Below are positions 18,655 to 28,900 of a stretch of DNA of 62,673 nucleotides, piece after piece. The DNA is from Oscillospiraceae bacterium (GTDB lineage: Bacteria; Bacillota; Clostridia; Oscillospirales; Oscillospiraceae). The DNA is taken from contig SVME01000001.1 in NCBI GenBank assembly GCA_015067605.1, positions 1-62,673 of the forward strand, read 5' to 3'. Made by a program: the position numbers and the translations under genes. Every line of letters begins with the position of its first letter. The first letter of the stretch is position 1. A model generated the notes under the pieces. That model saw only the letters and a program-made list of their open reading frames with translations. It did no database searches and was not told the origin of the DNA.

Positions 18655-19867
18655 TGTTATTCTCCTCGTCGTACAAATGACACGCAACAAAGTGAGTGGG
18701 GCTCACCTGTACCATGTTGGGGTAATCTCCGCTGCACTTGCCGTTCTGAGCGCACATGGCGCATCTTTCCTTGAAGTAGCAGTGGGAGGGCATATTGATG
18801 GGGTTGGGCACATTACCGGGTATGTTATATAGCTCAGTGCTGTCGTCCAGCTTCATGGTGGGCTTGGACTTTTGCAGACCGATGGTGTAGGGGTGTCTGG
18901 GATCCTGGAAAATCTCATAGACAGTGCCCTTCTCAATCACCTTGCCGGCATACATGACCACAACGTAGTCCGCCATTTCTGCAATAACGCCCAAATCATG
19001 GGTAATCAGCAAAATAGAGCCGTCAATCTTATTCTTGATATCCTGCAACAGGTCAAGAATCTGTGCCTGAATGGTAACGTCCAGAGCGGTGGTAGGCTCG
19101 TCGGCAATAATCAGACGAGGCTCAGCCGCCAGCGCCATGGCAATCATGACACGCTGGCGCATACCGCCGGACAACTCATGGGGAAACGCCTTATACACGT
19201 TTTCAGGAATGATACCGACCAAACGGAGCATTTCCTCGGATTTAGCTCTGGCCATCTCCTTGGTAGCGCCGGGGACGTGCAGAAGGGTCACCTCATCCAA
19301 CTGCTGACCGATGGTGAACACCGGGTTTAGAGAGGTCATGGGCTCCTGAAAAATCATCGCAACCTGTTTACCGCGAATTCGATGAATTTCACGGGTGGGC
19401 ATCTTTGCGATATCGTAGACCTTCTCTTCGGTCTCATACTCCCCTTCTGTGCCAGCCTTGGGAATGGGCTTGCCCTTAGAGTCCAGCTTGTACTCCTTGG
19501 ACTTAAAGCGAATGGATCCATCCACGATTTGACCAGTGGGGCCCTGAATCAGGCGCATCACAGACATACTGGTAACGGATTTACCACAGCCGGATTCACC
19601 CACAACACCCACGACCGCATTTTTCGGAACGTCATAGGATACGCCGTTGACCGCTTTGACCACGCCCTGCTCCGTAAAGAAGAAGGTGTGCAAGTCATCA
19701 ATTTCCAGAATGTTCTGATTGTTTTTCATCTGAGAAAGAAATTCGGACTCATCGCAACGACGCTTTTTGTAGGCTTCCAGCCGCTTCATCTCCTTGGCAT
19801 TGGCCTTGGAAATAGCACGAATCTCTTTACCGGAGAGATAATTTTTAGATGTTTTTTCTTTTGCCAT
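18647..19867 (-). CDS. oppD: Oligopeptide ABC transporter ATP-binding protein OppD
   Basis: GESGCGKS, IFQEPMTSLNP, LSGGMRQR and ADEPTTALD motifs. Confidence 0.93.
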   Translation of the reverse strand: MAKEKTSKNYLSGKEIRAISKANAKEMKRLEAYKKRRCDESEFLSQMKNNQNILEIDDLHTFFFTEQGVVKAVNGVSYDVPKNAVVGVVGESGCGKSVTSMSVMRLIQGPTGQIVDGSIRFKSKEYKLDSKGKPIPKAGTEGEYETEEKVYDIAKMPTREIHRIRGKQVAMIFQEPMTSLNPVFTIGQQLDEVTLLHVPGATKEMARAKSEEMLRLVGIIPENVYKAFPHELSGGMRQRVMIAMALAAEPRLIIADEPTTALDVTIQAQILDLLQDIKNKIDGSILLITHDLGVIAEMADYVVVMYAGKVIEKGTVYEIFQDPRHPYTIGLQKSKPTMKLDDSTELYNIPGNVPNPINMPSHCYFKERCAMCAQNGKCSGDYPNMVQVSPTHFVACHLYDEENNNG

Positions 19868-19871
19868 CGAA

Positions 19872-20921
19872 TCATCTCCTCGCTTTCGGATCCAATGCGT
19901 CACGCAGACCGTCGCCCACGAAGTTGAAGCCCAGCACCGCAATCACGATGCACACACCCGCAGGCACCCAGATGAAGGGATAGTTCTGCAGAATATCGGG
20001 GTCGGTGGTGATGATGTTAATCATGGAGCCCCATGCGGTATAGGGGGCCTTGATGCCCATGTTCAAATAGGACAGCGTTGCTTCGTAGAGAATCATGCTA
20101 CCCAGACTCAGGCTCATCTGAACAATCAGCTGGGGCATGACATTGGGAACCAGATGCTTGAAAATCTTTCTGGAGGTGGAGTAACCCATGGCCTCAGCGG
20201 CCACCATGTACTCCTGCTCACGAAGGCTCAAAATCTGTCCGCGAACCAGACGGGCGATACCCGGCCAGCTAATCAGAGTCAGGAAGAACATCAGTATGTA
20301 GATGCGCATACCCTCTTCTATCATCTGTGCCTCTACCCAGCCGTCCATGGCAGAGCTGAGAATCATCAGAATCGGAATACCGGGCAGGCACATCAGAATA
20401 TCGCAGATACGCATGATGATATTATCGGCCACGCCGCCAAAATAGCCAGCGATGCCGCCGATGATAACACCCAAAATGGTCATCAGGATAACAGTCATGA
20501 AGCTGACCAGCAACGATACTCGTCCGCCATACATCAGTCTGGCCAGCACGTCGTATGCCATGTTATCGGTGCCCAGAAGGTGCTCGCCAGAAGGCGATGC
20601 CTTATAATTGTCGGAGGTCAGTCGGTCACGAACCTGCTTTACCTCGTACTCCACGCCATCGACTGTGTAGGAAATCTCACTGCTCTTCTCCTGTGTCAGG
20701 CGCTGGGTGCGATCAACCTGTGTTTCGCTCCACTGGGTATAGAACACAGGGCCCAGGAAGCAAAACAGGAACAGGCCAATGACCATCACAAGGCCCAAAA
20801 TACTCAGCTTAGACCGGAAGAAACGGCGCAGCAGCATCTGAGTGGGCGACATCAAACGCACATTTTTATCCAGCGGGGTTTCCTCGCTGTTTTCTTTTTG
20901 TTTCAATTCTAGCTCGTCCAT
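19872..20921 (-). CDS. oppC: Oligopeptide ABC transporter permease OppC
   Basis: HLLGTD, YGGRVSL, EYMVAAEAMG (EAA loop) and HLVPN motifs. Confidence 0.93.
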   Translation of the reverse strand: MDELELKQKENSEETPLDKNVRLMSPTQMLLRRFFRSKLSILGLVMVIGLFLFCFLGPVFYTQWSETQVDRTQRLTQEKSSEISYTVDGVEYEVKQVRDRLTSDNYKASPSGEHLLGTDNMAYDVLARLMYGGRVSLLVSFMTVILMTILGVIIGGIAGYFGGVADNIIMRICDILMCLPGIPILMILSSAMDGWVEAQMIEEGMRIYILMFFLTLISWPGIARLVRGQILSLREQEYMVAAEAMGYSTSRKIFKHLVPNVMPQLIVQMSLSLGSMILYEATLSYLNMGIKAPYTAWGSMINIITTDPDILQNYPFIWVPAGVCIVIAVLGFNFVGDGLRDALDPKARR

Positions 20922-20932
20922 GTCGCACCTCC

Positions 20933-21928
20933 TCACTCAAGTTTTACTCTGGGATCGACGATTGCATACATCAAATCCGCCAGCAGAACGCCCAAGACGC
21001 TCAGCACCGCAAGGAACATATTATAGCCCATGATGAACGGGATATCGCCGGCGTTCATGGCATCCAGCGCAATGTTACCGATACCGGGCAGGTCAAAGAC
21101 CTGTTCGGTAATGATAGCACCGGAGAACAGTGAGGGCAAGAGTCCTGCCAGAGATGTGACCAGAGGAATCAAAGTATTGCGGAAAGCGTGCTTGTTGATA
21201 ACCACGCTCTCCTTCAAACCCTTGGCCCGGGCTGTACGGATGTAATCGGAATTCATGACCTCCAGCATATTGGTTCTGGTCATACGCATTCTTGCACCGA
21301 TGCTCAAAATGACCACCGTCAAAATGGGTATGAACACGTGCCTGCCATAGTCTATCAGCTGATCGATGCCGGAATAGTCCGTTGTTGCGTCCACCAACCC
21401 CGATGCCGGGAACCACCCAAGCTGATAGGATAGCCAATTCTTTAGTATATTGCCAAAGAAGAAGGCGGGCAGCGAAATACCTATCATAACAAGAATCGTA
21501 ACCACATAGTCACGAAGGCTGTACTGATGGGTAGCGGCAGTGATACCCAGAGGGATAGCAATCATGAACTCGAAAATCGTCGCAATCAAAGCAATCATAA
21601 AGGACGTGCCCATATGCATGGCAATTTTTTCGGTAACGGGAATACTATACTTAAAGCTGGTACCCAAATCAAAACGGCACAAATCGCCCAGCCAGCCAAG
21701 ATAACCCTTCATGATATCCATAAAACCGGCATTTTCGCTCAAACCATATGCCTCGTACATGGCATCGACCATTTCGGTATCAACAGTAGCTCCACTGGTC
21801 TGAACCGCAACGACCTTGTTTTTAACAAAGTCGATGGGCATCAATCTGGTCAGAAAATAGATGATAAGGGATACGCCAAAAAGAACCAGTAAGGAATAGC
21901 CTAATCTTTTTAGAATGTATTTTAACAT
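20933..21928 (-). CDS. oppB: Oligopeptide ABC transporter permease OppB
   Basis: MLKYILKRL, DLGTS, DYIRTARAKGL and HAFRN motifs. Confidence 0.95.
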   Translation of the reverse strand: MLKYILKRLGYSLLVLFGVSLIIYFLTRLMPIDFVKNKVVAVQTSGATVDTEMVDAMYEAYGLSENAGFMDIMKGYLGWLGDLCRFDLGTSFKYSIPVTEKIAMHMGTSFMIALIATIFEFMIAIPLGITAATHQYSLRDYVVTILVMIGISLPAFFFGNILKNWLSYQLGWFPASGLVDATTDYSGIDQLIDYGRHVFIPILTVVILSIGARMRMTRTNMLEVMNSDYIRTARAKGLKESVVINKHAFRNTLIPLVTSLAGLLPSLFSGAIITEQVFDLPGIGNIALDAMNAGDIPFIMGYNMFLAVLSVLGVLLADLMYAIVDPRVKLE

Positions 21929-21942
21929 AGTGTCACGCCCTT

Positions 21943-24546
21943 TTAGCTGACAAATTCAAGTTCCCAAATACGATCCAGAGGAGAAGAATAGGGGTTGATT
22001 TCGGAGGGCACACTGGACTCCTTGATAACGTTGGCATTATAGGCGTACAGCACGTCACGCTGGTACACAGGCAGCTCAACGGCCAAATCCAGAACGTAGC
22101 CCATGGCCTCCTCGTACAGCTCCGCACGATCCTCACGGTCGTTGGTTTCACGGGCAGCCTCAATCAGGGTGCTCAGCTCGTCCAGAATCTCCAGTTCCTC
22201 GTCGGAACCGCTGGTCTTAATGTAGTTGTAGCCCCATGCCAGAGTGCTGGTAGCGGTGGAATCTTTGTGGTAGACCTGATACATATCGGGATCCAGAGCA
22301 GAACTCCAGGCAGCAGCCCAGACAGCCAGAGAACCGGTAGAAATCTTAGTCAGAGCCTGAGGATCACAGACAACCTTAATATCCCAGCCCATCTCGTTCA
22401 GCAGAGCAGCGGCATCACGGAACACCTTATAGGTGGGGTGATCCTGCAGCGTAGAACCAGCGATGGTGAAGGTGATACGCAGAGAGTCCTCGCCGCCGCT
22501 GACACCGGCAGCTTCCATGTACTTCTTGATGCGGCTGACAGCCAAATCTTCATCCCATGCACCCATCTGGGGGTAATCCTTACCGTTATCGTTTCTGGAG
22601 GAACCGGTGGGGTAAGCCCAGCTAACAGTGGACATATTCCAGAAGATACGCTCAGCAGTACCTGTACGATAGTAATCCAGTGCCAAAGAGGTGTTCATGG
22701 CACACATCAGAGCCTTACGCAGGTTCACATCCTTGACCTTGGAAGCATTGATGCCGATATAGCCGTAGCCCAGCTGGTCGGAGGACAGAGTCACATAGCC
22801 ATCATCAGCCATGCCTTCCAGCGTTTCAAAGTTATTGTTGGTCAGTGCGGGGGAAATATAGTGGACGCTACCACTTTGCAGTGCGCCAATGGCGTTATTG
22901 GAGCTGACAATCTGGTAACGAACCTTCTCAATCTTGGCATTGTTGATGCCGGAACCAACAGTTTCAAAGTAGTTATTGGCCTTGAAGTAAACAACGTTGT
23001 TCTTGTAGAACTCGTTCTCGGAGGGAGAATCGCTGTTGTTGGCATCGGTGACCTTGTAAGAACCGGCGCCCATGGGCAGCTTGACGTTTCTGGGGGACTG
23101 AATAACCTTGGACATAAAGTCATAATCAGCAAACTGTACGCCAAACTTGTTGTTGGCAATGTCAACGCCAACCTTGCTGCCCTCACCATAGTAGTGCTGA
23201 GGAGCGATAGCCATAGCGAAGTTCCAGATGGCCTTGGGGTCGATGCCGTTGATGGTGATCTGCAGCACATCGTACTCAGAGGAATTGGTAACGGTGCCGT
23301 CGCTGTTGTGGCCGGAAGCGATGGTGTAATCGGTGCCGTTGACAGTGATGGTGGATCCAGCCTGGTCGGTGTGACCCAGAGAAACGATGCCGGAGATGTT
23401 GCTGACCAGCAGGCTGCCATCCTCGTTCACGTTCTCCTGCAGGATAACCTGCTTAGCCTGAGCAGCGTACTCACTGGCCAGAGTGCTGGCGGTAGCCCAG
23501 TACAGCAGAATCTCATCCAGCGCGCTGGCGACCTTATCGTTGTAGATGTAGTCGATGGCTGCATCCTTGGAGGTGATAGCATCAGCGGAGTACTTGGGAG
23601 TCAGGCTCTCGATTTTGGTGCGATCGATTTTACCATCGGCACCCTCGGCGTACTTTACTTCCACGTAGCCCTCGGTGAACATGAAACGGAAAATCTCATT
23701 TTCAAACTCAGAATGGGACTTGTAGGGCTCCTCAGTGTAGGACTCCTGACAATTGACGTAATCGTTGGTCAGCTCTTCCTTGAACAGCTTCAGAGTGTAA
23801 TCATAGTCAGCCTTCAGATGAGCGCTGGTAACGGAAGAAGCGTCTGCAGAAACGGCAGACTTGTAGCCGGAGCTGGGGTTAGTCGCCAGAATGGCGGTGG
23901 TCATTTCGTCGATGGAAACTTCACCTGTGGCGGAGCTGTTACGCTTGCTGATGTACAAGTTCAGCAGCTCCTTAATACGCTCCTGCGCGCGGCTACTAGC
24001 CTGAGCAGCCAGCTGGCTGTCACTGCCGGTGGAACCGGAGGTGACGGTCTGAGTACGGTATTCCTCCAGACCGACGATGTCAGTGGAATACAGAGTGTTA
24101 GAACCGGTGTAGACGGGATCCAGATAGACATAGTAGTTAAACAGCACGTCTTCCATGGTCAGAGGGTGACCGTCGGAGAACTTGATGCCGTTCTTCAGGA
24201 CGAACAGGTAGGTGGTGGTGTCATCGCTGTTTTCAATGATTTCATAATCCTTAACGACTACGGCCTCATTATCACCGTAGGCCACCTTCACCTCGCCATC
24301 CTCAAACTTGGAAGACAGCATACCAATCTGGGTCATGGAAACGATGGTACCGTCGTTGGCAGAGGTGGAAAAGAAGGGGTTGAACAGACCATCCAGCTGC
24401 TCCGTCATAATGACGAATGCATCCGGAGCGGCAGTGGCAGCATCTTTGGCGCCCTCGCCTTCCTCATTCTTGCATCCGGTGAACATGGACATCATTCCAA
24501 GACACATAGCGATGCAAAGAACCATTGCAATTGTTCTCTTTTTCAT
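21943..24546 (-). CDS. Oversized family-5 peptide-binding lipoprotein (OppA-like, 867 aa)
   Basis: Lipobox FTGC; LDGLFNPFF, LKNGIKFSDGHPLTMEDVLF, PMGAGSYK, DVNLRKAL and LPVYQR motifs. Confidence 0.9.
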   Translation of the reverse strand: MKKRTIAMVLCIAMCLGMMSMFTGCKNEEGEGAKDAATAAPDAFVIMTEQLDGLFNPFFSTSANDGTIVSMTQIGMLSSKFEDGEVKVAYGDNEAVVVKDYEIIENSDDTTTYLFVLKNGIKFSDGHPLTMEDVLFNYYVYLDPVYTGSNTLYSTDIVGLEEYRTQTVTSGSTGSDSQLAAQASSRAQERIKELLNLYISKRNSSATGEVSIDEMTTAILATNPSSGYKSAVSADASSVTSAHLKADYDYTLKLFKEELTNDYVNCQESYTEEPYKSHSEFENEIFRFMFTEGYVEVKYAEGADGKIDRTKIESLTPKYSADAITSKDAAIDYIYNDKVASALDEILLYWATASTLASEYAAQAKQVILQENVNEDGSLLVSNISGIVSLGHTDQAGSTITVNGTDYTIASGHNSDGTVTNSSEYDVLQITINGIDPKAIWNFAMAIAPQHYYGEGSKVGVDIANNKFGVQFADYDFMSKVIQSPRNVKLPMGAGSYKVTDANNSDSPSENEFYKNNVVYFKANNYFETVGSGINNAKIEKVRYQIVSSNNAIGALQSGSVHYISPALTNNNFETLEGMADDGYVTLSSDQLGYGYIGINASKVKDVNLRKALMCAMNTSLALDYYRTGTAERIFWNMSTVSWAYPTGSSRNDNGKDYPQMGAWDEDLAVSRIKKYMEAAGVSGGEDSLRITFTIAGSTLQDHPTYKVFRDAAALLNEMGWDIKVVCDPQALTKISTGSLAVWAAAWSSALDPDMYQVYHKDSTATSTLAWGYNYIKTSGSDEELEILDELSTLIEAARETNDREDRAELYEEAMGYVLDLAVELPVYQRDVLYAYNANVIKESSVPSEINPYSSPLDRIWELEFVS

Positions 24547-24570
24547 ATTGACACTCCTTTAAGAATTTGA

Positions 24571-25893
24571 TTACAACGCTTCGATATACAGCTCGTTACC
24601 GTCCGCGGTTACCTTAATCAGGCTTACGGAATCCTCATGCACCGCATAGCTGACACCGGACAAATCAATCTGATTCGCATAGCCAGTGCCACAAATCAGA
24701 CCTACTAAATACTGGCCATAGTTGATATCCGTACCGGTGGCGGCAGGGCCAACAAGCGTCAGCTGGCTGTTCTGAATGGTAACATTAGAAATCTGAGAGC
24801 CATCGGAAATAACGCCCGCAAACAAGCCATAATTGCACTGGCTGTTATTGCCCAGATTCACAGTGTACTGCACATTATCAAAGGTAATATTGGAAATGGA
24901 GGCCTCGGATGTAAATGTACCAAACAAGCCTGCCACACTCTCCTTGACCAGCTGGGAAATCACAATATTACTGAAGGTATACTGTGCATCATCCAGTGTC
25001 TGGATGGTGCCGGTGAAATTACCGTACAGGAAATCCTTAGGCCAGCTGGATTTGCTGAAGTCCAAATCATCGCAAATCACATAATTGCCATCCAAATCAG
25101 CATTTCTGTTGAGCTGCTTGGCGGTATAGATGTGATACCACTCCCCTTCCAGCCAGTCCACATAAATTCGCATGGTTCTGGCCTCGATATCCGATTCAAC
25201 AGTATGTACCAAAGTTTCGGTATCGATGGGCTTGGTGCCTTCCAAATCGTAATATGCCTTATCAAAGGTATAGCCTTCCTTCTCGGGCATATCATTCATA
25301 TCAATTTCACCCTTGACGCTGGATTTCTTCCACTCGGGCATCTTGATTTTATCCAGATTAGGGTCAAAATCGAGAACCTCAATCAGGGTATTGGTCGCTC
25401 TATCGTAGACCTCTACCTGTGCCATTCGTTCCCAACGGGCGTACAGGGTCAGGACAGGCTTCGTAGCACTGTGTTCCTGCTTGGGATCAACATAGACCCG
25501 ATCCTTGCTGAAATCCCACAGGTCGGAATAAATGTACCCTTCCCCATCGGGATTCTCAGTACGCTCTGCGTACCATCCCACAAGGTAGTAGCCGGATTCG
25601 GAATAGCTGGGGGTGCAGATGTTGCCGTTGCCACGGCGTTCATCCGTAGGATCCAGCAGTGCAATGGCAACCTTGCCATCTGCATTGATTTTCATATCAG
25701 CTACATTATAGGTATCCACTATTGCGGGCACCTGATTCATCATGCTGCCGCCGTTTGCATCGAAACGGATGCTCACATTGAACCCTTCTTCGTCACATAT
25801 CTCATATTCGTTCTTCTCTGCGCAACCGCTGATGAGCAGCATTGCACATAACGAAAGGCAGATCAGCAGAAGTGTTTTCGTTTTTAGTTTCAT
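24571..25893 (-). CDS. Lipoprotein with InlB B-repeat-like and GLUG-like segments
   Basis: Lipobox ISGC; FDANGG...LVGWY...LYARW pattern; C-terminal GNYVICDDLDF...FTGTI...GLFG. Confidence 0.75.
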   Translation of the reverse strand: MKLKTKTLLLICLSLCAMLLISGCAEKNEYEICDEEGFNVSIRFDANGGSMMNQVPAIVDTYNVADMKINADGKVAIALLDPTDERRGNGNICTPSYSESGYYLVGWYAERTENPDGEGYIYSDLWDFSKDRVYVDPKQEHSATKPVLTLYARWERMAQVEVYDRATNTLIEVLDFDPNLDKIKMPEWKKSSVKGEIDMNDMPEKEGYTFDKAYYDLEGTKPIDTETLVHTVESDIEARTMRIYVDWLEGEWYHIYTAKQLNRNADLDGNYVICDDLDFSKSSWPKDFLYGNFTGTIQTLDDAQYTFSNIVISQLVKESVAGLFGTFTSEASISNITFDNVQYTVNLGNNSQCNYGLFAGVISDGSQISNVTIQNSQLTLVGPAATGTDINYGQYLVGLICGTGYANQIDLSGVSYAVHEDSVSLIKVTADGNELYIEAL

Positions 25894-25926
25894 GTTTCCG
25901 CATCATCCTTTACTGAGTTGATTCGG

Positions 25927-25963
25927 TATCTGACAGGACCGCAGGCCGCAGCCCTGTCAGATA
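25927..25963 (-). other. Intergenic stem-loop after the S8 protease gene (no U-tract)
   Basis: TATCTGACAGG...CCTGTCAGATA inverted repeat. Confidence 0.6.
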
Positions 25964-25972
25964 AGTTAGGCC

Positions 25973-28900
25973 TTATTCCTCCATCGCAGGAGTCTGGGAT
26001 TCTTCGCTTTCAACTTCCGCAACGTTATCGGTACGCTGACATTCGGGAATCTGTGCGTCCGTATTCGCAGTCTTGGATTTCTTCTTGAAATCCTTAAATG
26101 CGCCGGTGCGAACTGCGTTCAGAGCAATTGCCGCACCAACACCACCAACACCCAGAATCAGAATAATCCAAGCAATCCAGCCATTGGATTCCTTACTCTT
26201 TTCGTCGGGGGCAGCTGCGGGCTTCTCTTGCTCCTCAACCACAGGTGCATCCTCCTGAGGAGTCAAAGCCTTGATACGCTGCTCAGCGGTCAGCAGAACG
26301 TCATAGTTGGTAACCAAAGCCTGCTGCAGCTTAGTGGCAATCTTGTCGTAAGCAGCACGGGCAGCCTCTACGATGTCACGATCGTCATAGGTGACACGCT
26401 CGGGAATCAGCTTGATTGCCTCGATTGCAGCCAAGGTGGTATCGTCTGCACCGGCAGCGCCATCGATAACAGCGTCGAAGTACTGCTCCAGAACGTAGGT
26501 ATTATAGTGGATGCCATTAGAAGGTCTGACCATGGTCAGCTTGTTATCCACATAGCCTACATAGTCAACGAAGTTGGCGCCGTAGAACACGTTGGAATAC
26601 ATACCGCCGGTGGCATTCCACATATAATAAGGAATCAGTCCCATACCATTGATTGCCACATCGGTTCCATCGTAATCATTATAGGTACCGAAGTCGCCGG
26701 TGCCGGGAATATGCTGGAAGCTCTCATAGTAGGAGGAGTCGAACTCTTCCTCGAAAATGGGAGCATCGTAGCTGCTGAAAATCACAGTCGTCAGTTCGTC
26801 ACAGGCGAAGAATGCCTTATGGCCAATCGCTGCCACAGTATAGGGCATGGTGACCATCTCCACCTTACTGCCGGCAAAGGCATAGGCGCTGATACGCACA
26901 GTATCTTCAGCAACAGATACATTATCAGGATTCAAGCCGGTGTAGAAAATCAGTTCGTAGTCGCCATTGACGACCTTGCAATACAGGGAACCATCCACAA
27001 CACGGACAGTGTCGCTCAGATCAAAGGTATAGCTGTCCACGGTGTAGTCCTTGCCGTTGAAGGTTTCAGTGGTCTTAACACTGAACGGCTTCACAACACA
27101 CATAGCAAAGGGATTATCACCCAGAGAAACAATCGCGTTGCCCAAGGTAACATTGAAGGGCGTCAGCTCTTCCTTAATAAATACGAAATCGCCCAGAGTT
27201 GTAGCACCGGACAGATCAGCCTCGGTGATGGCCGTATAGGCAAAGGCGTAATCGTCCAACTCCTTCGCTGCGTTCAGGTTTTCCACCTTGCTCAGCGTAC
27301 CGCAGTAAGCAAAGGCACCCTCCAGCAGGTTGACACCATTGGGATTCAGCTTCACACCGGAAAGCAGCTTGCTATCAACAAAGGCATACTTGCCAATGCT
27401 TTCAGTGGCAGACAAATCAATCTGCTCCAGAGAAGCGGACTCCTGGAAAGCATAGTCACCAATGGTAACAATCTTATCCAGGTTAATGGTTTTCAGGGAT
27501 TCACAGCTTGCGAAGGCATACTGCTTGATTTCAGTAACCCCATCGCCCAAAATCACACGCTCCAGCTTCTCGCACAGCGCAAAGGCGTACTCGCCAACAT
27601 AGGTGGCACTGCTCAAATCCACGCTGACCAGCTGGTTGGCATAGGTTTCGGACATATAATAGCCGTCCTTGGAAACTGCGGCAACGGTCATGCTATCGTC
27701 CAGACAGATGTAATACTCATCGCCAGAGAAGGCATAGTCGCCAATGGATGTCGCCTTGGACAAATCAATCTGCTTCAAGCTGCAGTTATTATAGAAGGCC
27801 ATCTTGCCGATTTGGGCGTTGGCTCCCAGATGGACAGTTTCCAGAGCAGCCGTACCAGAGAAGGCATTGTCACCAATCACCGCATTGTCGCCGATGGTCA
27901 GGGTCTTCAAGCTGCCCTCAAATACATAGTAGAAGTATCTTTCGCCATCCTGATCGAAGTGCTTGATTTTGAATACATTATCCTTGTCCACGCTGAAAGC
28001 GAATTCGCCAATAGTAACATCGTTGCCGATGGTTACGGACTCCAGATTCATGCACTCGCTGAACACGCCCTCAGGCAGAACCACACCATCAGGAATGCTG
28101 ATGGTCTTCAGCGCAGTATGAGAGAATGCGTACTTGCCGATAGTTGCATCCGCCTTAAAGTCAGGCAGGCTGGTAATGACCGTTTCAAAGAAACCATAAT
28201 CACCAATCTCAGTCAGCTGACCGAGGGTAACGGTCTCAATGGCAGAGGCAGAACCAAATCCGTACTCCCCTACCTTGGTTACGGCAGGCAGGTTCACAGC
28301 GGTAATCTTGGTATTGTGGGAGAATGCGCCCTTCGCAACAGCAGTTACGTTATTACCGCCCAGCTCGTTGACACCGAACTCCCCGGTAAAGTTGGGAGAA
28401 ACTGCAACAACCGCAGAACCATCAGCGGACAGAATATAGGCCGCAGTCTGGGTCATATAGGCGGTGTTGCCGGACTTGATTTCAAAGGCGCTTACCTTGG
28501 TATCGCGGAAGGCGAAGGGTCCGATATCATTGACATCGGGACCGATGGTCACCATGGCCAGATTTTCGCACTCATAGAACATACCCTCGGGCAGAACAGC
28601 GGCATTCACATAGAAGGAAGTCAGGGACTCGCAATCGGTGAATGCATAAAAGCCGTACTTGACCTTAGAAGCAGTAATGGTAACTTCCTCCAAAGACTTA
28701 CAACCAGCAAAGGCATACTGACCGATGGACAGCAGGCTGTCGCCGGTGACAAAGCCCTCCAAATCAGCGTTGCCCGCAAAGGCATAGTCAGAAATGACGC
28801 ACACGGAGGAAAGGTCAATCACGCCCTGCAGGTCGCACTTCTCAAAGGCGTTCTGGTTAATGATTTTCAGATTGTTCTCACCGCTGAAGGTAATCTTCTG

